From: an uncultured Acidimicrobiaceae bacterium | Lineage (GTDB): Bacteria > Actinomycetota > Acidimicrobiia > Acidimicrobiales > RAAP-2 | Length of the DNA stretch: 64,000 nucleotides | Assembly: GCA_963726135.1 (NCBI GenBank) | Contig: CAVSBE010000003.1 | Location: forward strand, 123,595-187,594 | Direction of reading: 5' to 3' | In this document: positions 1-9,800 of the stretch, piece after piece | Layout of the letters: each line of letters starts with the position of its first letter | How positions within the stretch are numbered: the first letter of the stretch is position 1 | Notes under the pieces: generated by a model | The model's database searches: none | What the model saw: the letters and a program-made list of their open reading frames with translations, nothing else | Told to the model about the DNA's origin: nothing | Program-made: the position numbers and the translations under genes

Positions 1-185
1 ACGAGGGATCACGGGCAGACCCGACGGGGGCCGGCGTGACGCTGTGGTCGTCCACCATTCCCCAACTATGCACGTGATGCGGGTCGATGTCGGCTCGAGG
101 CTGGCAGCTGCCTCTGTCGCGTGCGCCGAGGATGGCCCTGCACGCCTGCAATCAGCGGTCCACCCAACGGGGTCAAGCCCATTTT

Positions 186-228
186 GCGCGCTCGGAGGGA
201 TTCGAACCCCCAACCTTCTGATCCGTAG
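186..228 (-). repeat. Distal att repeat: 43-bp partial copy of the tRNA-Arg 3' end
   Basis: gcgcgctcggagggattcgaacccccaaccttctgatccgtag is identical to 26943-26985. The flanks on both sides differ from the tRNA, so this is a fragment and not a gene. Confidence 0.9.
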
Positions 229-983
229 CTATTTTCCGTTGGTCCATCCCGTGGTATCCAGTGACGTACTACCTGTTCAGGACAGGCTCGAGTCCTGCCG
301 GTGTGTTGTCGTGCTGCGAAATTTGGCTCAGTAGATTGCCAAAGGGATTGCCAAAAGCCACCTTTCTGATGCGGAATCGACGCCACCCTCGGCCACTCTC
401 CCTGCGGGGTCTAGGACGGCCGTTCATCGCTGGCAGCGGTCTCGAATTGAAGATGAACTGCACGAGTTCGGTAGCCGGGTTGAGTCCCATGGTTGACCGC
501 TTGATCATCGGCGACGATGGCGGGCGGGCTCCCGCGTGCCGGTTCAGTACGGGGCCGGGCTCTGCGCCTTATGCAGCTAGGGGCCGAGCCTTCACGTCCA
601 GAACCCCTATCCCCGTACGGCACCTTGCGGATACCCATCCTGGTGTCCGAGATCGCCGGAAGACGAGTGTCCGGGTAGTCCATGCGAGCGACGAAACTGG
701 CTCTTCACCCACACTCGGGCAGAGCCGACAATGAATCCGTGAGCGGAGCTGGTGGCGGAATGCCTTCGGAGGGGCGGGATGACATGGATGGCTCCAAGCT
801 GATTGATCTCGATGCTCTGGCTCAACTCGGGCTCCAAGTGAACACCGTGACCGGAATGCCTGACGCAGTCCGGCCCCAGAGCTCATTCTCGACGGATGAC
901 CGTTTTGGGCCCGGTAGCTCACCAGCAGACACCAACAGTCTCGCTGAGCTCAGCGTTGTGGATGACGAAGGCGAGAGATCCGC

Positions 984-1943
984 TTAGCGATCGGACTCCA
1001 ATCGGCGAGGCTCAGAACGACGTTTGGTGATGAAGCGGTGGATGGCCTCGTTGGCGTGGTCCTGAAACGACGGGTTGGCCAGATCGGGGAAGATGTCCGC
1101 TTGGTTGACCAAGGGACCCTTAAGCGTGTTGGCCGCGCTGGCGTAGAACACGCCGCTAGACAGGGTCGGGTCGGTGACGCCGTCGACCAGTCGCTTCGCG
1201 CCCACGTCAAGTTTGTGGGCGATACCCAGGTAGGGCATGACGTATTTGGCAGCTATACGTAGCGGTAGCTTGAGGTCGTTGGGGGCTTGGGTGCCGGTGG
1301 TGTTCCCGGGGCTCACGGTGATGAATCGGCGGTCGGGGTATTGGCGGGCCAGGTAGGCCATCCACAGGGCCCCGATGTACTTGACCTGCCCGAAAGCTAG
1401 GTTGGGGTCAGCTTTTCTGCCGGCGAAGTAGCTGCCGTCGATGACGGTAGCGAGTTCATCGGCGGAGGTTGAGACGAAGGATGGCCGTTTCATCCGCAAC
1501 TTCGGAACTCCCCTGGCTGCTTCACTTCCGGCGAAGACCGCCACCTCGCCAAGTCGGTCCTCGGTCAGGAGCCCTTCGAGGAGAACGACGTGACCAAGAA
1601 CGTTCGTCGCGAACAAGTTAGTGACCCCGTCAGCAGTCAAGTCCATCGAATTGCCGCCGATTCGACCAGCGTTCATGACCAGCGCGTCGAGGGATCCGTT
1701 GATGGCCGCAAGGCCGGCGCGGACCGAACCCAGATCGGCGACGTCCATGAGAATGATGTCAAAGATGTGCCGGCCGGTCACGGCTTCGAGTTCGGCCTTT
1801 GCCGCCGTCGCCCGATCTTGGTTCCGGCACGCCAGGTAGATGCGGGCGATCTCGGGACGTAACGCCAGTTGCCGGGCCACGTCCTTGCCGATCCCGGCGT
1901 TGGCGCCCGTGATCAGCACGGTCTTTCCTGGGAGTGTGCTCAT
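984..1943 (-). CDS. Short-chain dehydrogenase/reductase (SDR) family oxidoreductase
   Basis: 319-aa ORF with the N-terminal Rossmann motif KTVLITGANAGIGKDVA. Length is typical of SDRs. Confidence 0.85.
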   Translation of the reverse strand: MSTLPGKTVLITGANAGIGKDVARQLALRPEIARIYLACRNQDRATAAKAELEAVTGRHIFDIILMDVADLGSVRAGLAAINGSLDALVMNAGRIGGNSMDLTADGVTNLFATNVLGHVVLLEGLLTEDRLGEVAVFAGSEAARGVPKLRMKRPSFVSTSADELATVIDGSYFAGRKADPNLAFGQVKYIGALWMAYLARQYPDRRFITVSPGNTTGTQAPNDLKLPLRIAAKYVMPYLGIAHKLDVGAKRLVDGVTDPTLSSGVFYASAANTLKGPLVNQADIFPDLANPSFQDHANEAIHRFITKRRSEPRRLESDR

Positions 1944-2078
1944 TGGTATTCCCTCTCGTTTTCTGTGGGCCTAGTCAGGCAGGACAGCTCTTGTCGGGTT
2001 GCGTCCACCGGTTCTCCCCGGGTTGCTATAGACCCGTAGCGGGTCGACGAGCACTTGGGCACCGGGTGGGATCTGGAG

Positions 2079-2828
2079 TTATGTCGCGACCCGGCCTCCG
2101 TCGACCGCAAGAGTGACGCCGTGGACGAAGCTGGCATCATCACTGGCGAGGAAGACGATCGCCGCAGCAAGTTCCTCGGGCTGAGCTACGCGACCTGCTG
2201 GTGCTAGTGCTGCGAGCTGATTCACCATCTCGTCGGGGACACCTTCCATCATCGGGGTGCGCGTCGGACCGGGAGCAACGGCGTTGACCCGAACACCACG
2301 AGGGCCGTATTCGGCGGCCCAGGCCTTCGTCAACAGTTCGAGAGCCGCTCGGCTGGCGCCATACAGAGCCATGCCGGCCTGTCCGAAGCTCGCGACCATC
2401 GTGGAGACGTTGACGATCGAACCCCATCCGCGTTCGGCCATGGCTGGCGCCAGTGACGCGACGAGGAAGAACGGAACCTTGACGTTCAGTGCAAAGGTCT
2501 CGTCGAACTCTGCTTCGGTGGCTGCGTTGCTTGGTCCGAGCAAGGCGACGCCAGCGTTGTTGATGAGGATGTCGACGTGACCGTCGCCTGCCTCAGTGGC
2601 CCACTCGACCAGGTCCTGGGCTGATTCGACATCGCTCAACGTGGTGAGCCGGAACGTCGCGCTACCTCCGCTGCCTTCGATCTCCGCGACCACGTCTTTG
2701 GCTCGTTGTTCGTTGCGTCCGACTACCAGTACGTGAGCGCCGCGGGCGGCCAAGGCGATGGCCGTAGCCTTGCCGATCCCGCTCGTCGAGCCCGTTACCA
2801 GCGCTGTCTTGTCCTTTAGGTCAGTCAT
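2079..2828 (-). CDS. SDR family oxidoreductase (FabG-like)
   Basis: Start set at MTDLKDKTALVTGSTSGIGK, giving 249 aa. The upstream part of the 453-aa track ORF looks like read-through. TGxxxGIG and NNAG motifs are present. Confidence 0.9.
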   Translation of the reverse strand: MTDLKDKTALVTGSTSGIGKATAIALAARGAHVLVVGRNEQRAKDVVAEIEGSGGSATFRLTTLSDVESAQDLVEWATEAGDGHVDILINNAGVALLGPSNAATEAEFDETFALNVKVPFFLVASLAPAMAERGWGSIVNVSTMVASFGQAGMALYGASRAALELLTKAWAAEYGPRGVRVNAVAPGPTRTPMMEGVPDEMVNQLAALAPAGRVAQPEELAAAIVFLASDDASFVHGVTLAVDGGRVAT

Positions 2829-2855
2829 GCGATGTGTCGCCCTCTCGCTCCAAAT

Positions 2856-2904
2856 TGGGTTGTGCGACTCATTCTGACAGCCCGGTACTGGGTTGTCAAA
2901 CTCA
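2856..2904. promoter_or_regulatory. Two 16-nt direct repeats in the SDR/TetR divergent intergenic region (candidate operator)
   Basis: tgggttgtgcgactca (2856-2871) and tgggttgtcaaactca (2889-2904) match at 13/16 positions with starts 33 bp apart. They lie between the divergent starts at 2828 and 2925. Confidence 0.35.
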
Positions 2905-2924
2905 AAACCCTGTAACATTGGTGC

Positions 2925-3530
2925 ATGGTCAACGAGGCAAGTGACCGGCCGAAGCTCACCCCCAAGGGAGCACGCACCCGGGCACGAATAGTGGAGGAGG
3001 CCGCCGCCCTGATCCATGAACGCGGGGTCGCGGGCACCACCTTGGAAGACGTCAAGGTGGCGGCGGAAGTCAGCGGCTCTCAGATGTACCACTACTTTCC
3101 CGACAAGAACGAACTCGTGCAGGCGGTCATCGACTACCAGGCCGAGACCATCGTCAATCGCCAGCGGCACGCGCTCAGCAGCGCGAACGGAGTCGAAGCC
3201 TGGCGGAACATGGTGATCACCGCAGCGAAGCGCACCAAAGCAAAGGGGGGCTGCCAACTTGGCTCGCTCGTTGGTCAACTCGCCGAGAGTGACCCCGAGG
3301 CCCGAGCGCTCATCGCGGCAGGGTTCGATCAGTGGGCAGCCGCCATCGGCGATGGGCTGAGATCCCTTCATGCCGACGGGAAGCTCCCGTCGGACATCGA
3401 CCCGGACGACCTCGCCACTACTCTGCTCGCCACGCTCCAAGGGGGACTTCTACTCGCCCAGGTACAGCAGAGTCCCCGTCCGTTCGAAACTGCGATCGAC
3501 ACCCTTCTCGCCCTTACCATCGGCAGATGA
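2925..3530 (+). CDS. TetR/AcrR family transcriptional regulator
   Basis: 201 aa with the N-terminal HTH region RARIVEEAAALIHERGVAGTTLEDVKVAAEVSGSQMYHYFPDKNELV. Divergent from the SDR gene. Confidence 0.9.
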   Translation: MVNEASDRPKLTPKGARTRARIVEEAAALIHERGVAGTTLEDVKVAAEVSGSQMYHYFPDKNELVQAVIDYQAETIVNRQRHALSSANGVEAWRNMVITAAKRTKAKGGCQLGSLVGQLAESDPEARALIAAGFDQWAAAIGDGLRSLHADGKLPSDIDPDDLATTLLATLQGGLLLAQVQQSPRPFETAIDTLLALTIGR

Positions 3531-4071
3531 GCCCGAGCCGGGTTCGTTCACAGCCATCGCCGAATGCGGCTCACGGCACTTGGACGGCGCACGTGCATCC
3601 ACACGATGCTCTTGCGGACCCGCGGCCATTCGGGATGCAGGACACATCGCTCCGCCCAGTGGGTTGCTCCGGGCTGGCTTTCCGTGAGCTCATTCAGCCC
3701 ACCCTGACTGCTCGTGCCTTTTGGACGTGGACCGGCATCGTCAAGATGAACGGAAATTCGTGACTGCTCCTCGCGTAGGGGAGACGTTCCACCTCGACCT
3801 CGACGGGACGGCAATTGCCGGCCGCTACATCGAAGTAGATGCCCCGCACCGCATGCTCCTTAGATGGGACCGTCAAGGAACCGATACAGCGACGCCGACA
3901 CCTACATTCATTGAGATCACACTCACCCCGACAGGTGACGGCACAAATGTGAGGGTGCAATTCTCCGGCCTAAGTGCGGAGGATGCCGCTTTCTATCCGC
4001 AACTCTGGGCGCGTCACCTTGACCGGATCGCAGCTGTCTTGGCTAGCGCCGAACCCGCACACGGCAACTGA
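3527..4071 (+). CDS. SRPBCC/AHSA1-like domain protein, apparently frameshifted
   Basis: The ATG at 3527 overlaps the TetR stop (ATGA). The C-terminal frame (3721-4071) reads GETFHLDLDGTAIAGRYIEVDAPHRMLLRW, which looks like Aha1/SRPBCC. The N-terminal part is in another frame (3527-3763), so a frameshift near 3700-3763 is needed. Confidence 0.55.
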
Positions 4072-4470
4072 GTCTGGAACCGCCTGCTCTGACTCCGATC
4101 CCCATCTCCACCACTGGAGTCGCGACGTGACCGGAGCAGACGGCACTAAGGGCCCTGACAGCAAAAAGGTCGCACCACGCGGACCAATCAAAACCTCGGC
4201 GATCACGGCCACCGTCAGCAGCAGATTCCAAGCCACCAGGAGTGCCACGATTGCGGTCCGCCGAGCCCGAGCGGCCGAAGACCACTCGACATAGCCGACA
4301 GTCCGCAACTGCTGGTTACCGAGCGGGGACGCTCCTTCCCCGCCTAGAGCCCGGAAGTGCCATTTGTGGGCAGGGGCAGAGACGTAACGCCTGCCGAAAC
4401 GGTCGGTTGTGACCCAAGTGGGGGCAGCCAGGCCGCCAGGTCTTCGGCGGCGATCTCATAGAGTGGCGTC

Positions 4471-4938
4471 GTGAATGAGATCCGGCCAGTTATAGCTCCA
4501 ACGGTGCAGGGACGCTCGACCCGAGGCCTGTGGGCCAAGACCAGCGCAGGAGTACTCGGGCTGGCCTTTGCTGCGCTGCTCGTATCCGCTTGCGGGAGCA
4601 GCGCTCCGACGGCGGCGCAGCAGGTTTGCAATGACCGCTCTAATCTCAAAAACGCCGTGTCCACCGTCGTCAGCGACGTGCGCTCGGGCGACTTCTCCAA
4701 GGCCAAGGAGAATGTGTCGGCCGTCACCGAGGCCTTCGACAACTTGCTGAAATCCGCCCAGCAGCTTTCCTCCGAGCAGTCCAAGTTACTCAGTCCTCAA
4801 ATAGATCAACTCAAGAACACGGTCTCAGGACTGAAGGACTCGTCGTCACTGAGCGACTTGCTCAATGGCATCGACTCTGCTCGGACGCAGGTGCAGTCGA
4901 TCAGTCAACAGATCGGCGACTCGCTGAACTGCTCGTGA
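4471..4938 (+). CDS. Putative lipoprotein
   Basis: 155 aa. A signal-like segment ends in the lipobox LLVSAC, and the rest is Ser/Gln/Leu-rich and helical-looking. Confidence 0.65.
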   Translation: MNEIRPVIAPTVQGRSTRGLWAKTSAGVLGLAFAALLVSACGSSAPTAAQQVCNDRSNLKNAVSTVVSDVRSGDFSKAKENVSAVTEAFDNLLKSAQQLSSEQSKLLSPQIDQLKNTVSGLKDSSSLSDLLNGIDSARTQVQSISQQIGDSLNCS

Positions 4939-5112
4939 CGCACGGACGGTGCCAGCTGTCCGCTTCGACAACAGGGCTTGCGGGTCCATCCTGACTCCGT
5001 GGGTTGGGTGACGACTTGCCATCTTCTACATTGCTGCACGCAAATGGAACCAGGCGCTACTACGGTGCGTCAACAAACGGATTTGGCGATTGCGAGAGAT
5101 CGGAGACTGGTG

Positions 5113-5562
5113 ATGACCTCGAAAACTGATTTCACCCCTGAGGAATGGCATCTCATTCTGGAGGCGCCACCGAGTGCTGGAATGATCGTGGTCACTGCCC
5201 AGCGAGGCGGCTCATTTCGAGAGACGATCGCCATGGCCAAGGCCTATGCCGAGGCACGCCAACAACACGGAAAGAGCGAACTTCTGGATGACATAGTGGC
5301 GGCGAAACCAGAGCGGGATCACACGCACTATCACTCTTACGAAGAGCTCAAACAACAGGGACTACAACATTTACGTGAGTCGGTCGGGCTCTTGAAGACC
5401 AAGGCCACACCAGAAGAGATCGAGGAATATCGACGGTTCATCATCACGTTGTCTCAGAAGGTCGCAGCGGTTCATCGAGAGCATGGTCAAGGCGTGAGCG
5501 AGGCCGAGCAAGCAGCAATCAACGACATCTCGGAAGCCTTGAACGCAGTCCCCTCCCAATAA
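5113..5562 (+). CDS. Hypothetical protein
   Basis: Start set at MTSKTDFTPEEWHLILEAPP (residue 46 of track ORF 4978-5562). Composition is protein-like and I recognised no family. Confidence 0.55.
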   Translation: MTSKTDFTPEEWHLILEAPPSAGMIVVTAQRGGSFRETIAMAKAYAEARQQHGKSELLDDIVAAKPERDHTHYHSYEELKQQGLQHLRESVGLLKTKATPEEIEEYRRFIITLSQKVAAVHREHGQGVSEAEQAAINDISEALNAVPSQ

Positions 5563-5786
5563 CGGTCGTTTTTGACCCGTCCCGGGGCTACCACACAGCC
5601 TGGCCCCGAGCTGGTGTGCGGCGCACCGTGAGATCCATTGACCGTCCGGTATTCGGTGAGAGTCATTTGGTTCGTGGGCCTTAGGTCCGAAGCTCTTCGA
5701 GGGCCTCAGCTACCGCCAAAGACATAGCGGCGTCGATCAGACGTTGCCCCGTTCGCTGTTGAAGTTCAGCGGTGGCCACAGAGTGT

Positions 5787-6068
5787 TCAGGCTGCTGCCT
5801 GATCGTACTCTTCGGGTCTAACAACGGCCGGTGTGACTTCGCGTCGGAGGGCGTCAACCAGCTTGACCATGTCCTTGTGACCGCGGACTCGCCGGAAGGA
5901 GCGCTCGGCCTCGAGCATGCCGGGCAAGCCCAACTGGGACCTACTCGACACGATCACACCCCGCTGAGATCCGAGGAGCCCCTTTGGCGTCAGCGAGTCG
6001 GCGTAGTGCGACGTCATTACGGGCGACATGTTCATGGGCTTCCGAGTGTCCCGAGAACGAAGGCCCAC
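5787..6068 (-). pseudogene. Possible transposase C-terminal remnant (family uncertain)
   Basis: 93-aa ORF ending in GMLEAERSFRRVRGHKDMVKLVDAL. From memory this resembles the C-terminal tail of some actinobacterial transposases. There is no catalytic domain and no inverted repeats. Confidence 0.3.
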
Positions 6069-6093
6069 GATTAGCAGAGCCGTTTCGACCAGT

Positions 6094-8250
6094 TCAGGCC
6101 GGAGGAATCCCGGTATCGACTCCGGGGAAGCACTCTCCCGACAATGGGTTTACATAAGCAGAAACAACAGTCCCCAATTCGTCCCTTGTCAGATTCGGAT
6201 ACGGATAGGCCGTATACGAGGTCTGTCCTGGAAGGTTGCGAGTGTGGCAGTCATCAGCGATCTGATGCCCACCGATACTCCAACCACCCGTATTGTTTGC
6301 CGGATTGGTAATTGCCTCGTCAAGTTCGTGGGAAACAGCGTAAGTAGCGAACTGCTCCGCCGATATTGGGAGGGGGGCGGACTCGTTTAGATCCGTGGAA
6401 CAATTGTGGTTATAGTCTTCGAGATACACATTCGCAACCTGGAATGAGCCAAATATGCCGGTAGCGCCCCCGCCTGTCGGCCCGTTGGTCGAGGGATTCG
6501 CACAGCCATAGGTGTAAAGGTTCGGTGCATACAACAGCACGAACACTGTGTTACTGACGTCGCTCTGGCTTCCAATACCGAATCCCCCAGCGAATCCGTT
6601 GAGCGTGGTAACTAGCTTCTCTACAATCGTCTTTTGACGGGGCGGTCCTACCTTGATCAGTCCAGTGATGCTCCCCGGGCTTACCGGCCCAGCGAATATT
6701 GTTCCATTGCTATATCGCTCCTGGACCCCCTGACCCACAAGTTGCGCAAGACCCACGTCATACCCATTGGGCGAAGAGTCGCTGTAGTCTTTCTGAATCA
6801 ACGCATTGAGGCCCGCCATGATGTACGAGGCTTCGATCGAACAAGGAACCCCCTTGGTCTTAGGCGCCAAACTCAATTTGCACAGAGGAGGCTTAGCTGA
6901 GTTGTAGCTACTGCAAGCCGAAGGCAAGCTTCCACTAAGCAACCCGCACCACCAACTGCCGACTAGGACGAACGCCACATGAGGCTGATTCATCACCAGA
7001 GACCCTGCCCCGCTCAAAGTCTGAGGTGGAAACTGTGGCTCGACGGCGATCGATCCGGTGAACGATGCTGACTGAACCGGATTCGAGGAGTCAGTTACTG
7101 TAACCGTCACGGTTGAGGAACCAGCGGCGATGGGCACCCCAGACACTGCCGCATCTGGGCCACTGGTCGTTAGACCCGTACCTGTCGGTGGAATGCCGTT
7201 GGTAATCGTCCACGAGTAGGGGCCATTGCCCCCACTGGCACTGATAACCCCATTGTACGCTTGGCCCACCTGTGCTGCGGGAAGCGAACTCGTAGAAATG
7301 GACAGGGGCGCTGGCGTGCTGGATCCGGTGTATGTGAGCTCATTTCCACTCGAGTCACCCGCCATACAAAACGAAGCGCTGGGACACGACACCCCCCACA
7401 GCGTGTTACCTGGATCCACCACGCTTCCCGTTGATCCCTGATATATCGAACTTCCCGCTGTGACCATGCACAACTGCCCCCCGATGGCAGTGCATGAGAC
7501 CCCGAATATGGGTGTTGGAGCGAAGTTAGGGATGCTTGACGATCCGAGGTAGAGAGTCCCGGAGATTCCTGTGGCCACGCAACCGAAGCTCATCCCTGCG
7601 GCGCACGAGAGGCCGGTGATGGTATCTCCGTTCGTAATGGTCGTGGCCGGACCCCACGAGACTCCGTTGTACCGAGCCTCCTGACCGCCGTAATTTGCTG
7701 CGCCGCAGTCCAGCGAGCTTATGCAGGAGATGAAATCGACACCACTGAGCGGGGAGGTCACCTCGGACCACGTCGATCCGTTGAATGTATCGACGTTGCT
7801 GCTACCGGACCCCCCTACCATGCAGAAACTGGTGGTCGGGCATGACACCGCACCAAGGCCTGCGCCGCCCGTGGTCGGGGTGGGGTTCCAACTTGAACCA
7901 TTCCACTGATATGGCTGGTTCGAGTTCAGCGCGTCTGCGATACAAAACGAACTTGATGCGCAAGATACGTTGGCTACTTGACCACTAAAGAGGTTTGTCG
8001 ACGTCCAGGTCGTGCCATCGAAGTGCAGGAGATTGCCATTGTTGTCGGCAGCCATACAGAATGTGCTCGACACACAGGAGACAAACGATATCGTATTGCT
8101 CCCGTCGATGTTGACGGGTGACGACCATCCATTGACCGAGGTGGAAGACCCGGCGGCTCCAACTGAAGCCGTCGACGTTGTGAGTAGAAGAACTACGACT
8201 CCGAGAATAAGCGCCGGGACTTTACGAACCGTCAAGGTCTCCACCTCCAC
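6094..8250 (-). CDS. Secreted multidomain protein: signal peptide, 7 Cys-pair repeats, Ig-like (He_PIG-type) domain, unknown C-terminal domain
   Basis: 718 aa with the N-terminal hydrophobic signal VPALILGVVVLLLTTSTASVGAAG. Seven repeats of about 30-40 aa share the core VSC-x(3-7)-C (7324-8091). The Ig-like segment reads LPAAQVGQAYNGVISASGGNGPYSWTITNG (7042-7308). The C-terminal ~315 aa contain SHELDEAITNP. Confidence 0.85.
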   Translation of the reverse strand: MEVETLTVRKVPALILGVVVLLLTTSTASVGAAGSSTSVNGWSSPVNIDGSNTISFVSCVSSTFCMAADNNGNLLHFDGTTWTSTNLFSGQVANVSCASSSFCIADALNSNQPYQWNGSSWNPTPTTGGAGLGAVSCPTTSFCMVGGSGSSNVDTFNGSTWSEVTSPLSGVDFISCISSLDCGAANYGGQEARYNGVSWGPATTITNGDTITGLSCAAGMSFGCVATGISGTLYLGSSSIPNFAPTPIFGVSCTAIGGQLCMVTAGSSIYQGSTGSVVDPGNTLWGVSCPSASFCMAGDSSGNELTYTGSSTPAPLSISTSSLPAAQVGQAYNGVISASGGNGPYSWTITNGIPPTGTGLTTSGPDAAVSGVPIAAGSSTVTVTVTDSSNPVQSASFTGSIAVEPQFPPQTLSGAGSLVMNQPHVAFVLVGSWWCGLLSGSLPSACSSYNSAKPPLCKLSLAPKTKGVPCSIEASYIMAGLNALIQKDYSDSSPNGYDVGLAQLVGQGVQERYSNGTIFAGPVSPGSITGLIKVGPPRQKTIVEKLVTTLNGFAGGFGIGSQSDVSNTVFVLLYAPNLYTYGCANPSTNGPTGGGATGIFGSFQVANVYLEDYNHNCSTDLNESAPLPISAEQFATYAVSHELDEAITNPANNTGGWSIGGHQIADDCHTRNLPGQTSYTAYPYPNLTRDELGTVVSAYVNPLSGECFPGVDTGIPPA

Positions 8251-8268
8251 TGACGGCGAGCAGCGACG

Positions 8269-8893
8269 CTATGACGATCCACCGCCAAGATCAGGGTAAT
8301 CCGATCCGTCCTTCTTGGCAACCGGCCCATCCGACCGAAGCGGTTCCGCCTGCAAGCAGTTTTCTATACACCGGATGCCGGAATGGAGCTTGTCCCGAAC
8401 ATTGTTGAAGTAAGGCGGTGGTCCCCCGCCTGTGACCTGCCAGCTGGTAGGGAATCGGGCGTCCACCAAGACAACCCAAACAGGAAGGGGACCACCGTGA
8501 AGAAGAAGGTAGCTGTTGTGAGCGTCGCCGACGTGCGGGTTCCATTCCTTTGAGGCCATCCCATGAGCCGGAGGCATCACCTATCGGAGCGATCTCCCAA
8601 CCGAGAAGGTCTAGCGGGTAGTAGTTCTTGGCATACTGACAGCAGGAACGGGCCGTCACCAGATTCTCTTCAACATCGTTACTGCCGTTGGTTGCCCAGG
8701 CCACTACGTGCTCAAGACTCGCCGTGTGAGTGCACAAAACCGAGGTTCCAGTTTGGGTGGTAGGGAAGTTCCTCCGGAAGGGCAGTCGAGAGTCGGTAGA
8801 GAGCAGTCGAAGTACGCCGTCATCAATCGTGCGCCGTCCGCAGTGCACATAGCGGCATATGTAACCGTCCCTCTTGAAGACGGCCAGCCTCAC
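8269..8893 (-). CDS. HNH endonuclease domain protein, apparently frameshifted near 8560-8580
   Basis: The N-terminus reads FKRDGYICRYVHCG ... LEHVVAWATNGSNDVEENLVTARSCCQYAKN, which is an HNH signature. After ~105 aa this frame becomes Arg/Ser/Gly-rich junk. The overlapping frame 8269-8580 reads as real protein (EWNPHVGDAHNSYLLLHGGPLPVWVVLVDARFPTSW). Confidence 0.7.
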
Positions 8894-9114
8894 GACTGAC
8901 CGGGATTGCGACCCCGCTGCGAACGGGTCTCAGGGGCGACCCAGCCCCTCTCTGCGAGTCGGTCTCGCACTCGTCGATACGCTTCGCTTCGCTCTTCTTC
9001 GAGTCTCTCCGTGTTGATCTGCTTCAACGTGGCTCGGGCTGCGACCAGATCATCCGAGATCACGAAGAGCGCAGCCTCACGGACGAGATCCACCGGGTCC
9101 ATAGAAGTGTTCAC
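8890..9114 (-). CDS. Small hypothetical protein (74 aa), translationally coupled to the HNH gene
   Basis: Its stop overlaps the HNH start (coordinates 8890-8893). The sequence is helical and charged. Confidence 0.5.
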   Translation of the reverse strand: MNTSMDPVDLVREAALFVISDDLVAARATLKQINTERLEEERSEAYRRVRDRLAERGWVAPETRSQRGRNPGQS

Positions 9115-9163
9115 TGACGGCAGAATAGTTTTGGAGACAAAGACTGTTTAATCTGACGTCTCA

Positions 9164-9766
9164 ATGGATGACGTCAACCGAAGCCTCGTGGGCGGCGCAG
9201 GTGTCGCTCTGGCGGTTGGGGCAGTCGCCTGGGTCGCCGCCTTTTTGTCCACGGGCGCCTCTTGGATCGTCGCAGTTTTCCCAGCCGTAGGTCTGTTCAT
9301 TGTCGGCGTGGTCCTGTTCCTGGTCGGCTTTCACGGGCGGCTGAAAAGACCGAAGTTCTTGCCTCCGTGGCATCGGAAGGAAAACAAAAGGAAGGCCGCT
9401 GTGGCCAAGGAGCAGGCGGACCGGTTGGAGGGACGCATCAAAGGCTTCCGTCAACAAGTGGGTGACGTGTACACGGAGGGGCTATCCCTTATCACGCTGG
9501 ACGAGAACACCTTTGACGAAGCGGCAGCCGGCGCTTGGGCGGACCAAACGGCGAGCTTCATCGACAGCGCTCTTGGGGATCTCGAGGCGGGGTTGATCTA
9601 TCGACCCATCGGGTTTCTACCGAACGTCACCTCTCCCGCTGATCTCCATGTTCTTCGACTGCAACACCTGAAGGGATTAGGCGACCAAGAGGACTGGCGA
9701 CTCCAGCTGCTCCTCAAGGACTCTTGGCAGCAAGACCCGCCTTTGGCGGATCAGCCGAAACCTTGA
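9164..9766 (+). CDS. Membrane protein, two predicted TM helices plus a soluble C-terminal domain
   Basis: 200 aa with the hydrophobic stretches GGAGVALAVGAVAWVAAFL and WIVAVFPAVGLFIVGVVLFLVGF followed by a basic stretch. Divergent from the 9114 operon. Confidence 0.6.
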   Translation: MDDVNRSLVGGAGVALAVGAVAWVAAFLSTGASWIVAVFPAVGLFIVGVVLFLVGFHGRLKRPKFLPPWHRKENKRKAAVAKEQADRLEGRIKGFRQQVGDVYTEGLSLITLDENTFDEAAAGAWADQTASFIDSALGDLEAGLIYRPIGFLPNVTSPADLHVLRLQHLKGLGDQEDWRLQLLLKDSWQQDPPLADQPKP

Positions 9767-9800
9767 GACAGCCCGGGCGAGGCTCCTGCGAGTAGCACTT

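Noticed and set aside
682-987. 101-aa ORF with an LIDLDAL segment, considered as a RiPP/lanthipeptide-type precursor
   Set aside because: The putative core has no Cys, no modification enzymes are nearby, and the N-terminal half is Arg/Gly-rich and overlaps other ORFs. Support is insufficient.
3970-4308. 112-aa minus-strand ORF with a hydrophobic stretch
   Set aside because: It overlaps the 3' end of the better-supported SRPBCC gene on the opposite strand, and its C-terminal half looks non-coding.
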